64,000 nucleotides of DNA from Callorhinchus milii. Taxonomy: Eukaryota. The position numbers and the translations under genes are program-made. Below, piece after piece: positions 25,844 to 38,716 of this stretch. The first letter of the stretch is position 1; each line of letters starts with the position of its first letter. The stretch spans positions 108,254,001 to 108,318,000 of the forward strand of contig NW_024704743.1 in NCBI RefSeq assembly GCF_018977255.1, read 5' to 3'. Under the pieces are notes generated by a model. That model saw nothing but the letters and a program-made list of their open reading frames with translations, ran no database searches and was not told the DNA's origin.

Positions 25844-28800
25844 TGCTGGTAATCCTGCTTTGAATATGTCAGCTGAGGACAGGATCAAGAAAACACTCTG
25901 GCTACACTGACAGCTTTCCAACATTACCAAATAGACCAACTCTTAAGTGTGGAGCACACATCATTACAGTCCCATTGGAACTCATCCAAGGGAAGGATTG
26001 TATTGTTGAAGGATGCTTGAGGATAGGACTCTACCATGAGTAACAACAAACTAATTGATATTTAGTGAGAGTTGCACCAATATTTGCATTGTGCTATGAG
26101 AGGAAAATAGAGTTTAAAACAGACAATACTGCGAATGTACAGATTCATCAGATGAGACGTTAAATCAAGATCCAACTGCTTGTAGATGTTAAAGATCTAA
26201 TGGCGCTATTGAAAAAGAGAAGGGAGTTTCTCCCAGTTTCCCGGCCAACAATCCTTCAAACATAATTGATGATTCACTTCATAGCTGTTTGTGTATTGTG
26301 TGCAAATTGTCTGCAGAATTCACTTACACTTGGTCACTATACTTCACAGTAAATCCTGTGAAGGCGTTGAGACATCGTTCTGAAGAGAAAAGTGGTACAT
26401 CTAATGCGAGGATTATTAATATTAACAAGAATTTTTCAAAATTTTTCAAAATTTAAAAATTCTGTGTGATTTTAAATGTGAAGAGAATTAAAAACATGTC
26501 AGGCTTTTCATCTTCACAGCAGCTTCAACACTGACTTAGCCCAATGTAGCGACTCAACCTGATCTGAGGACTTGGGTCTCCAGGGTGCAGTGCAGTGTTA
26601 TAATTTGTAAGTCATGGCTTCAACTTACAAGCAGGAGACTTTCTGATTTATTGCAGTGCGAGGCATGGAGGAGGAAAGCAATTTGCACTTGAAATGTTCC
26701 TCCTCTAGCGCTGTATTTTAACGTGCAGTTAAACCTTTTACGTTATATTGTGTTAGTTTCACAAAACAATGCATTGAACCTGGGACACACAGGAAACAGT
26801 TTCTAGACCAATTGGTGCTTCTTATTTTTATTTTATATTGGTTTTCCCACATGAAATATAGATAGGAAAAACAATCTTTACTTGTACTGTATTTTACTGT
26901 ATTTGGAGTGTTGTTAGACTGTTAAGCTTCCCCCGCGTGAGAGTGACGGATGGATGGCTCTGACTGCTATACAATGTTTCAATGTTTAAGTGGCAGTAGG
27001 TAACAGTAACATGGAAAAAAAGTTTAATGAGCTAATCTGATTAAAATCAAAGGCATTAAGACACAACCCGCACTATTTATTGGGGGGTTTCTGCTCTCCA
27101 CTCAGTCAGCAGGAATCACAGTGGTTGGCACTCTGTTCCATCTCATCATCTTACTGTCCTCCTTTCTCCATCCCTAATTCCAAGAAAATCTGCATTTCCA
27201 TTAATAATTGAAGGCCAAAATGGGTGCAGACATTCACTGTGCTGGTATGTTATTTCATCAAAGTGAAATTACACCAAGCTGTGTTTAATTAGAAATTGCT
27301 GTCCTCCACTCAGCCTTTGAAGATGAGGGTTAGAAGGAACAAGATAAATAATTAAGATCTGCTTCCTACCCCCATTTTGCGAGGAAGTGATAATTGTTAT
27401 GGAGGCGGGATATATGACTTTTAAATGTTTTATGAGATGTGCTAATTCAAGATAAGTTCCTTTAAAGCAAAATCATTTACGTTCACTCCTTTCCCAGCTT
27501 GTAATTGCGTTGTTGGAGAGAGTGTCTGATGTGAAACAGTGATATAGAGGGCAGAAACCAAAACTGAGCCAAAAGAATCTTAGTGCAGAGACTCTCATTG
27601 CTCTCCATTGAAGGGAAGCAGACAAAAGCTGATCCTTTTTGGAGATTTTGGAGATAAAATGAAGTCTTTACAACAGGATTTCAAAAGAGATTGGTAAAAG
27701 TCAAATCCGCTGGATATAATGTCCTTTATTACCTCTGGGTAACAATTGTACCTTAAATTGTTGTCTCTTCTAAGAGGTTACACTGTTACCCAGCTAAAGA
27801 TCTATATATAGTCTTGTTCCCTTTCTGCACTGTTACATTCACAATCAATTCTTCTTTGTTGTAATACCTGTGCAGCAAATCAGAGAAAATGAAAGAATGA
27901 ATGAGACGATGCTCTTGAGTGGCAAGAGGACTGAGACAGAGAGCTCACGTATCATTCTAATATTGATGAAGCACTTAACACTAACGTTTTCACCATCCCC
28001 GTAAAGATGCTTTCACTAGAAAAATTTGTGTGTATTTTATTAACATCATAAGGCTAGCCCACTTGATGCACCAGTGTGCCACATTCATTTTCAAACGTTT
28101 GGATACTCTGAGTCAGGTTGCTAATTTTCTGCCAGGCAGAGACATGTTATATAGACAGTTTTGATGCACCAGAAAGTGACTGTACTTAAGAGGATCGATC
28201 TTCCTACCTCTTCTGATCTGAGGAGTTTGATCAGCCCTCATTAGAGGATGAGGAGATACTGGAACGCAGAGCTCATCTGAAAATCCGGGCCATAGAAACA
28301 GATGCGATCTGGCCACCTAACTTGCTCGGGTGGTTGTGAAGACATGGTTTAGCTCCACATTGTCCTTTGACAATTTGAGGCTTAGAAGAGTTTTGAGGTG
28401 AGAGGGATTGAGGTTTGTCTGCGGGGACAACCTCATTCTCTAAGTGGAACGTTTCGATCTAATTCGGTTAATGGGGGTGAGCAAGCCTAATCTCGCTCAC
28501 CAATAAACAAATCCTCTGTTAACTATTCCAGCCACATTCTTCTACTCGCCCATTCTGCTTAGCAATCTTGGGGCTGCTATTCATCTCCTGCCAGCCTCCG
28601 CAGGCCCCATCAGCAGTCAGGTCTTCAGCCATTATGCCCCCACCCTGTCAAATTCCTATCCCCTACTCTTCCATTTTACCCCCTCTATATCTTTCTTGAA
28701 AAACACCTAAAAGCTTACCTTTTCAACTGCCTTCCAGTCACCTTGCTGTTCCGCCCTCGGCCCCAAACCCCCTCCCATTGCTCAGTGTCTGGCACCGGAG

Positions 28801-29954
28801 CTGTAAACTGCTTTGAGACGTTGCTGTAAGTGAAGGGCACTATACAAGTGCAGGTTGCTGTTCTTGTTGTTTCAGTTCCTCACTTTGTGCATGGATCACA
28901 CAAGTCTCTTCAGGAATCGATCGTCTCCCAATGGAAGCTGAACATGTGTGGAACCGTGCACGTGTATTTTTGGATGTTTTGCTTTTAGCGAGCTAAATCT
29001 GAACTGGGTCAGTTTCAATCAACAACGCAAATTGAAGGAAGCTCAGATAACAGGTTTGGGTCAATGCTGCTCCCTGTGCAGACCTTTAGCTTCTATCATC
29101 AGTGAGATCACTGGCATTTCAAAATGCTTCACTCTGTTAGGCAGTGGTCACATTTGACAGCAGAAACCCAAAACCCCCTTAGGATGCATTTACACAGGAG
29201 GCTCGTCTCAATTTACAAACATTGGTTTGGAGACCTGGTCAGGTCAACAACCTAGAAATTACACTAGAAGTGGCAAAGCTGCTGGAAGTAAGAAATAAAT
29301 CTTTAATCGTATTGCTTTATTGATCTGTAGAGCAGCACCTCAGTTTGCGATTATGCTCGAGTCTCAGAATACTGTTGCTCAACACCCTGAAGGGCTGCAT
29401 TCATTTACAAGGCCCATTTCTATCAGGCAGTTCTGGTTACAAATGAATCGTAAAATCTCCTCTGTAAAGATCAGACGGTTGAAGGGATCCATGACTCACC
29501 CTGATTGATGTGAGAACGCAAGCTAGGAATCAGTCTCAAGGTTCTCTCAATCTCATTCAGCTTCCATTCCACTTTGAAGAGTTCTACAACTGCTGAGGCC
29601 TGGGGATTTCGGGATCATTATGTCAGAGCAGATAGGAAGGTTGAAGCCGAATAGTAGGAGATATGGACAAGGAGGAATGTTAGTTTGTTTTAGACAAGGG
29701 TCAGGCAGGATCTAAGTAGGAAGTTTCCCTTGGGTTACATAGGGTGAAGTCCGTGACAGGTCAGATCACACCCAGTCTGTGGTAGGAGTGAGCTTGACAG
29801 GCTGAATGCTTTTTTCTCATTCTATGTCTCTTATTTATTTATGATATAAAATAGGCTTTAAGACATGACCAGAGCGATTGTTGAAAAATAGTGACATTAC
29901 TGATTGTTTTACAAATCACTTAGTGAATTCATTAAACTTTAAATGATAGGGAAA

Positions 29955-30372
29955 AAAATCCTCGCATTTGATATGATACTTTTCACATCAAAAACACATC
30001 TCAAAACACTTCACAGCATATACTGTAAAGTGTAGTGTATTTTGTAAGGGAGCACGGCAGCCAATTTGAGTACAGCAATGTCCCACAAACAGCTAAGGTA
30101 AATGAATAGTTTTATCCGGTGTTTTTTTAACCAGGACACTAGGAGAAACTTATGTCTCTTTTCCAATAGTGCCATGAGATCTTTAACATATACCCGAACA
30201 GGCAGATGGGATCTCGGTTTAACATCTCATCCAGCTCTGGAATACAGCATTTCCCCAACTGGAGTGTCAGCCTAGAATATAATCTCAGAGTCCTGACACG
30301 AGGCTTGAACCCATAACCTTCTGACTCAGAAGCAAGAACTGAATCAGAGGCCTAACTGAGCCAGGTTGACAC
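29955..30372 (-). mobile_element. Deu-domain SINE
   Basis: Reverse copy with head (cttgaacccataaccttctgactcaga...actgagccaggttgacac), core and tail. Confidence 0.8.
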
Positions 30373-33069
30373 TTAATGACACTGTCAATCCTTTCAATTG
30401 GCTGTTAATTATATAAATAAGGGTGCCTCACCTGCAGTTTCTCTTAAAACTTTGCGTTTGCACATGGATAGCACAAAAAACACAGATTTGCGCCCGGTTT
30501 TGTGGGAGTTTTCACGCCTCACAGTCTGGCTGACATAGAGCTGGCACTGACCCACTTTTCATTTCCAAGTTTACTCAGGATGCTGCGTGCAACTGAACGA
30601 AACAAAAGTGTTTCATTGAAAAGAAAGAAAGCAAGTTGTCAGTCAGCATTCCCGGTCCCATGCCTCGTTCAGATCAAACTTGACAATTCACATAATTAGT
30701 CCTGTTTTCAGCAGCCGCGGCTTGCACGCCGCTGAGCAAGACAACTGGAATCAAACCAATCTTCCTGTTTCATGCACAATAACCTGAATTTCCTGGCAGT
30801 CAATCTACTTTGTTACTGTAGTTACACAGCACCAAATCTGGTATCAATATGCACAGTCAAGAATAGCCACCAGTCTTCATTCCTGGTGACAGCGAGTGAG
30901 TGGGAGCAAGAAAGAAATTTTCTTTCCAATTCAGTTCAGCTTTTAATTAGGCTGCCCTTAAAGTTGCCTGTCAATGTCTGTCAGGCCAGCCTGCGCTGCT
31001 CCTCCAACAATAGATCTTCTCTTCCAGACTCCATCATCATAACAATGAGATCGAGGGGGGTGGAGGTTGATTTCCCATTATTTAAGGTTTCGTGAATTCA
31101 ATAAATAATTTGTAAACAAGCTAGAATCAAAGCTGTAAGAGGCTTATCGTGGCCGTCAGGACGTCTGTTATTCATTTAACCTGCACATATGTTATATTCA
31201 CCTACAACGCCAAGAAAACAACACAGTCACTATACTTTACAGTGAATTCTGTAAAGCGCTTTGAGACATCCTTCTGACGTGAAAGGCGCTATGCCTAATG
31301 CAAGGATTATAAGGATTATTACTATTTATTATAATATGGCTTCCTTCAGGGAGTTATTAATTCATTATTCCAAAGATTATAATAATACTAATGAATGATG
31401 CTGTGATTAATGAAGGAGAATGATTTGGATAAGAGAACTACACACATCCACTTATGTAATCTGCACTGAGACTTTGCTGCAGTTGAAGAGAGACAAAAGT
31501 GGCTACTGAGATCTTTACCTCCTTCTGTCTGAATAAGTGCAGTTACTCATAGAGAGCATATGATAAGAGATGTGGGGAGGTGAGGTGACCCTGTTGATCT
31601 TCCCTCATTCTGGGGGTGGGTGGGAGAATAGGAATGCTTGGGTTCTGCTCAACTCTTTCTGAGAACAACCTGCCTTTGTGCAATCTTAGTGGCTGGTTGC
31701 GGGTTTTCACAGCACCTTGGCAAGTCAAGTGACTGCACTACGTGGCAGGGCCACTCTACTAAAAGGACTGTTTGAGCCCCTCCAGTTTGAGCGAATTATA
31801 CCTTCAAGTGATTCCATAGGAATATAGAAACCTACACCGCAAAAAAAGGTGATTCAGCCCATTGAGTCTCCACTGGCTCACAGAGCAAGGAGATCCACAA
31901 ACAATTCTGGATTCTGACCTGCAAAATCTTCATTTGAAATTCATATTTCAATAAAAACAACCCACAGCACGTTTCAGCAGAATCTGATTTAATCCAACCA
32001 CCCATCTTTATTGATACGAATAATTAAACACCGAATATCACTGAGTGAGCAGGTAATCTGTCAAACATGCAGTTACCTCTTACGGCTTCTGTTTGAATCA
32101 CCTCAAGCTTCTGTTGATGATGGATTGCAAAAAGATATCATTATGACTTCATTAATGAGAAAGAAAAAATGACTTCTGGATTGTTGATACACAAAACACA
32201 GGGTTCAAAGGCCACACGTTTCCATTTATTGGCTTTAACTTTACTTTGTTTCTACTTACTCTGTTTTTTCTACACCTTATTTCTTTTAACAAATTTTAAA
32301 ACAAATCAGTGGCTAAAGTCCAATTTCAGAGGCCAATTGTTTAGTCAGTCAAAAGCTTCAAAAAAATGAGGGAGTGAGGACTGATATCCTGGCATTCAAT
32401 GCCAAGCCACAAAACAATAGCAAAGTGACCAGACAAAACAAACTATACAATCAGGATTAATAACCATTAGAGAGAGAGAGAAAACGTATATCCTATCTGT
32501 CTGGGCTAAACTTAAGGAGGAAGGGCAGTGTTCTAACACATAGTTCCATCCAATTCCCATCTATAAAACATATTTAATACAGCAATAAGCAGCTCTAAAC
32601 TCATCCATGTGACACACATCCAAATGCTATTAAAAGAAATAATGAGCAGCAATAAGCCTAATGCATCCAATTAGAGACATCATAACTGAGTATCTGTGTT
32701 CAGCAGCATCGTTATAAAGACTTGTAAAAGACAGGCAGCTTTGAATTTAAATTAAACTTTCAGCTTCTGAAGAAATAAGTCCTTATTGAATTACAAAATT
32801 AACATTGGAATCACAGTGCTAATCTTTTTCAATTTCAACTGGATGAGTACAAGTGATGACAAGAGATTTTAAAGCACAGCAGAAGTAGTTGGGTTCTAAC
32901 AGAAACTAGCCACAAACAACTTTAAATCCCAAACATAGTCCCATGCTAACTAATGCAGCATTTTGGCTCAGTAAAATTAGATCCCCTGTAATAATGGGGC
33001 TGTGAAATAATAAAGGTCACTCGTCCTCTTCCTGGTCGGCAGGTGATTGCTGACGTCACTTCCTCCAAT

Positions 33070-33845
33070 TAACTTGGCTCCATCTCATCTCTGAGTTAGT
33101 AAGTTGTGGATTCATCTCCCACATCCAGACTTGGAACCCATAGAGTCCTCCAATATATTGTTGAGGGTGTGCTGCATTTTTAGAGATGCCATCCTTCGGA
33201 TGATACATTAAACTGAAGTCCTGTCTACCTGTCTAGGTGAATGTTAAAGATCCCACAGCACTATTCGAAAGAGAAAGGAGTTTCTCCTGGTATTTTGGGC
33301 AACATTCCCCTAAATAAAATTGGTTGCTCATTCCATGGCTGTTTTGGAACATTGTGGTGCATATATTGGCTTCTGCTTTAGCTCACCAAATACACAATCA
33401 CTGCACTTCACAGTCTATCTGGTGAAGTGCTTTGAAATGTCTCGACAACAACAATAAATTACATTTGTATATGGTCTTTCACATCAGGAGGACGTCCTAA
33501 GGTGCTGGACTGTTAAGGATCTGCACCCTGGTGGTTGGGATCAGGAGGTGTGGAGGGCAGGCAGGGTAGGGGTAAGAGTGTGACCGAAGGCATGGGCGAA
33601 GAGGAGTGTCTTGAGATGGATCTTGAAGGAGGCAAGAGAGGGGGCAAGGCAGAGGGAGTGTGGGATGGAATTCCAGAGGGTGGGGCAGAGAGGCTGAAGA
33701 CCTGCCCACCAATGGTGGAGCGAGCAAGGCGGGGGATGTGAGGCAGGCCAGAGCCTGCTGAGCGGAAGGAGTGGATAGGTTGGTAGGGGGTTAGGTCTCC
33801 ATGATGTAAAAGGGGTGCTAAACCAAATGGAAGGATTATTATATA
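33070..33845 (+). mobile_element. Deu-domain SINE split by an L2 insertion
   Basis: Core at 33170-33310; tail broken at 33443 and resumed at 33795. Confidence 0.8.
33444..33794 (-). mobile_element. L2 LINE 3' fragment (subfamily A) inserted in a Deu-SINE tail
   Basis: Homologous to 1041-1450; flanked by duplicated GTCTC (33439-33443 / 33795-33799). Confidence 0.88.
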
Positions 33846-36800
33846 ATGATATAATTATTATTATAACCCAGCCGACATCTCAGACCACATTGTATGAATG
33901 TGAGCTTGTTGTGGTAAAAGACTACAATATACATTTCTTCTGGCACATTTAATATTTTTGTTCTGAAGTTGAACCATCCAATCTCTGTCCTGTCATATTT
34001 TCACTGGACAGCACAGATAGCACATCTGTTTACAAGTCTCTGGAGAGTTGTATTTTTATTAGTTAAGTTGTTGTTATTTGAGCAGTGACAACAAAAACGT
34101 AATGGCTCACCAAAAATGAGCAGTGACTGGTGGTTGAATCAGTCATGATAATGTTGGTCATAGATACCACAAGGCTTCATTCTCTGCCAAGTCCCACAGC
34201 CATCTGCCCATTTTAACTCTTACACTTGTACCGTCCCACTATCTCGGCTTTGCTTTCCAAGGGTATTAATCTTCAGGCACACAACACAGATGGCCTGCCT
34301 TCAGAAGAATCATCTCACATTTGCACGCTCTGTTTCTGCACCCAGTCAGTCACCTTCAAAAACAATTAAATTGTCTGATGACAGATCACCGAAAATTTAT
34401 AAAATAGATCATAAAGTTAAAAAAGAAGGCAGCACAACACGGAGTGTCTTTTTTGGATCAGCCAAGTGTCTCAGCCAGTGTCTCGCCCATTCTCCCACAA
34501 GGTACACATTCACTCCGCTTTACAGTAAATCCTGTGAAACTCTATGAGCTGCCCTCCTGACGTGAAAGGTGTTATATATCAAATGCAAGGATTTATTATT
34601 TTATTTCAAAATGTCTTGACACATGTGGAAAACAATCACCATAGTTCAGAGTATCCAAACCAAACTACTGAGTTCCAGATACAGCATAGAAGGAGGGCAT
34701 TCAGCCCATCGTGTCAATCATATGTAAATTATGTTATATTAAATTAAATTTTCTGTTTGACTGGTATGGAGTGGTTACTCTACTTACAGCAACAAATTGC
34801 ATTTACATCGTGCCTTTCACGTCGGGAGGACATTTCAAAGCCATGGGATGGAAAGAGAATTTGGTGTAAACTGACAAGAACTTGGGGATTCCAGAACAAA
34901 TCAGTACAAGACAGCATATCAGATTCCATTGACTGTCTCCTTATATTTTAGGGTATTTTGGTTACAACACAGTGCTATGGCTAATAGAAGAGCTTTAAAC
35001 ACAAGCCTGAATATACCGAATAATTCAACCATGTAATCACTTCCCTCTCACTTAAAATTGAGAGAATAGTTTGTTGATGGCTGTGAAGAACAATAAGAGC
35101 AGTAATACTTGCTTCTTGGGTGTTACTGATAGAATTTCAGGGAGGAACAGTGTTAAAAATAGATGGGTTTTTGCAAATCTCAAGGATCTCTGGGAGTAAT
35201 GTAAATTATAATGAGAGAAGTGGATTACTAAATAGTAGATTGCTGAGAGACTCGAATTTCAATGAATGTGCAGAATTCAGCACCAGAGATTTAAGGAATT
35301 ATTAAGACAGTGTCAAAAGAATGACTAATAATGATGCATTGTGCAAATTTCATGTATTGAAAGCTTGGAGTAGGTAAAGACAAACTCTAGTCTTATTGAA
35401 CTGTTAAATCTTCTGACCTGTTCTGACCTGTCCCACTGTATGATGTGCTTCACCCTGCTTGGCACCCTGGCTCAGTTGGTAGCTCTCTCTCCTTTGAGTC
35501 AGAAAATTGTGGGTTCTAGCCATACATTGGTACACTGAACTCTCAGTCTAGGTTAGTGTTCTATTGCAGTGCTGGGGAGTACTGCGTTGTCAGAGGTGCA
35601 CAATAAAGATCCCATGGCACTATTAATCACAAGGCTACTGACATTTGTCTGCACTGAAACTTCACAGAATGTCATCACTCTGGTGCTCTCTGAGTTCCCC
35701 TCTGGCCTTAGCATGGTAAGAACACCAATCCTTACATTTGCTATGATGCCTTTCATGCTGGAAGGATGTTCCAAAGTGCTTAGTTTAATTTAATGAAACG
35801 AAAACGATGGTTGGGTCCGAAGATTTGTTGTGCTCCTAATGGTGGAGGAATCATATTTGTACAGCTAAAAGTAACAGAGGGGCTTCGCTCACCCCAGACT
35901 CTGTGAAATGGCAGTCAAGCTTCCTCTGTAATCGATTCAAATAAATATTTTGGCCCACCATCGCTGAGCCAGTTATTCAAGGTAGTGCCAAAGACTTTTG
36001 GCATCAGATCAAGCCATTGTGTCAAAGTCAATTGAAGTTCCACTGTTTCTTAACAGATTCAATGTCACATCAAATCTACAGTTATAGCATTATACAATTT
36101 TACATTTATAGAGCATCTTTCATGTCAGGAGGGTGTCTGCCTCAAGGCATTTAGCAATCCTGGGTTAGCACCTGCTTCCTTGCAACGTGAATTCATTTGT
36201 GCAGTTGCCCTCTGAATCCACAACTGTGTGACTCAGAGAAGTTAGAGTAGGAGACAGTACAGCGAGTTTGGACATCAAAATGAGAGGAAGCAGAAAACAT
36301 GGGAGAATGGAGCTAAGGAGGAACAAGGGGGCCAGATTATTAATAATATTTTTTGCATTTGATATAGTGCCTTTCACATCAGGAGGATGTCTCAAAGTGC
36401 TTCACAAGATTTTATTGTAAAGTCAAAGTTTCAAATAAAATGCAGCATAATGTTAAATGCAGCTTGGTAAAAGATCAAAACAATTACGAAAGCCTAAACC
36501 TGCCATTCCAGAGTGGTTTGCCCACATGTGGAGTAAACAGTAGGAAAAAAATCAGCAATTAATGAAAAATAATAAATGTATTTAGCTTTAAAGGGCTGAC
36601 TATTATTAAATAATCTACCATTTACACTTATATCCTGGAGGGATATTTGCTGGATCCTGACTAACAGAACACATTTCCTGGAAATAAGACAGCCAAGTCT
36701 CTTTGATGCATATAAATCTCACTTGGCACCTGGACCTTAGCAGGTGCTGAACATAAAGGGCAACAGATTTGCAAAGGGGAGTTTTAGTACAGACACCAAT

Positions 36801-37889
36801 AGTTTTTTCTGTGCCCAGAGAACCATTAACAACTGGAACAGGTTATCAGGAGGGTGTTGAGGTCAGGACACTGGACTCGTTTAAAAAGCAGTTTGATGCT
36901 GTGATGGGAAGATGGTAGGTGAATGTTCTGGAAGGATGAGATCAGATGGGCCAAAGAGCATTCTTCATCCAAATTAATCTTGTGATCTTAAGAAAGGTCC
37001 TGAACTAAACAGCTTCAAATGTCTGACTTGGAAGAGTAAGTAACGATATTTCAAAAGTGAGTGACGACTTTTCTCTAAAAAGAAAAAGTTCATTAAAAAG
37101 GGGGAATATCTATGATAAGCACAGATGACCTTAAGGGAAAAAAAGCTAATTTTCAGGAGATCAAACTACAGAAAATGAATCAATATTTAATCACTGTTGC
37201 CTGCATTTATGAAACCCCAGAGCATTGACCTATTACCAGAGCTGTGCTCATCCTCATTCACTGTGCAGAAGGATTACCAGTCACTGAAACAGAGAATATA
37301 AAATTTACTACATCAGTGTAAAAATTGGAAAATATTTTTTTGTTGGAAGGAAATCCTTTTGTTACCTTCATATTACAAGTGATCAGAAGCGCAAGGCTCT
37401 TAGTGAACGCAGAAAGGGGGCAATTCACGTGCAGATCAACGAAAACCAAATGGAAGAGCTATAAGGCTGGTGTCTGCAGAAACATATGCAGGTTTGAAAT
37501 TGCTGGCTTCCAGACACTACATAATGTATGGCTTCGATGGCCAAAATGAAACAAACGCTGCTCGGATGATATGCATTATTCAGCTTCTGTAAAAGACAAT
37601 TAACCAGTTTGCCTGATGTGCTAAGCTGCTCAATTACCCTTCCAGCCCTGCTGACCCTGATTTGGAATGTAACAGCAAGCTGTAATGTGATGTCTCGTCC
37701 GTTTGATTGCCACAGAATTGAACCAATATTTGCCCTATGACTATTGTGTTTTCTTAGTAGTTTAGAAAACCTTGACACTGGCTATACAATGTTACTTTAC
37801 TCAGTTTTTATGTTTTAAATAATAAATGTTATTGACAATTTTCTCCTGCACTTTTTCTCCCTTCCAATTGTAAAAAAAGCATTTGGCAT

Positions 37890-38180
37890 TTGAGGTACAA
37901 TTCCAAATGCTCTGGTTGCCCTCTGGTACCTTACGTAAGTTGCCTTTGCTCATCTGTATTCCTTGACAGGCTGTTCGATTGTATGGAGCATCACAGTCAA
38001 GCCGAGTCCTGCTCTCAGCCAATGTTCACACACCCTACAAACCAGCAGAAATGTCTGGACAGTGATTAGTAGTGGGAACCCTGGCTGGTTTACACCTCCC
38101 TAACTGTTGAAGCTATTTGATTCTTCCTATCTGTTACCTAGGCTGAGATCAGCTAACCTACAAGTTGGAGCCTGGAACAT
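37890..38180 (-). mobile_element. Ancient SINE-like element (resembles AmnSINE2 from memory)
   Basis: Reverse-complement similarity to 25625-25990 (cagccagg.ttcc...tgatc.ct..ccag; tgag..cagga); further pieces at ~11965-12400 and 60020-60150. Confidence 0.5.
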
Positions 38181-38655
38181 GGTGGCTTCCAATGGAGCTC
38201 CTCAAGAAGCAATCTTGAGTCAGATATAGCAACCGGATGAACTTAATGCCTTACCAATGTGGATTCTACTTCTGGGGCAGACCTCCCGCAGTTCTAGACA
38301 GTATTGGCATAGCAAGTAACTGATAAAACACATCTAGTGCAAAGAAATCTAAGTGATTTTGGTAGGAAACCGAATGGGTGCATGTACAACTTAGGCAATT
38401 GTATGATTTATAAAGATTAGATTTATGTGAGTTTTACTATATAATTAGATAAAATGCTGTAAGAAAACTGCACTCACAGTGGAAATGGGTCAGTGACATT
38501 GAACTCTACTACCGTTGAATCCAACCTACGTTAATATGAGGAACAAATGTGGGGAAATTAACTTATTTTTAAAAAAACTGTGAAATTTTAATGCAGTACC
38601 AAGTGATCCTAAGCTGCGTGTAACCTTGGATTCTCTTTGTACCTTCTGCCCACAG

Positions 38656-38716
38656 CTCGTTGGTTTTGTCTACGCCTGCTATGTGATCAGTGTTTTCACG
38701 GAGGATGAGGACAGCT
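38656..38716 (+). CDS. NKAIN3: NKAIN3 coding exon (61 bp, phase 0/1; last TM segment)
   Basis: cccacag acceptor, gtaagt donor; encodes LVGFVYACYVISVFTEDEDS + 1 nt, in frame with the previous exon and matching the NKAIN consensus. Confidence 0.95.

Noticed and set aside
28114..28319. Second hAT-like MITE (caggttgcta...tggccaccta)
   Set aside because: Ends are weak and flanking 8-mers do not match.
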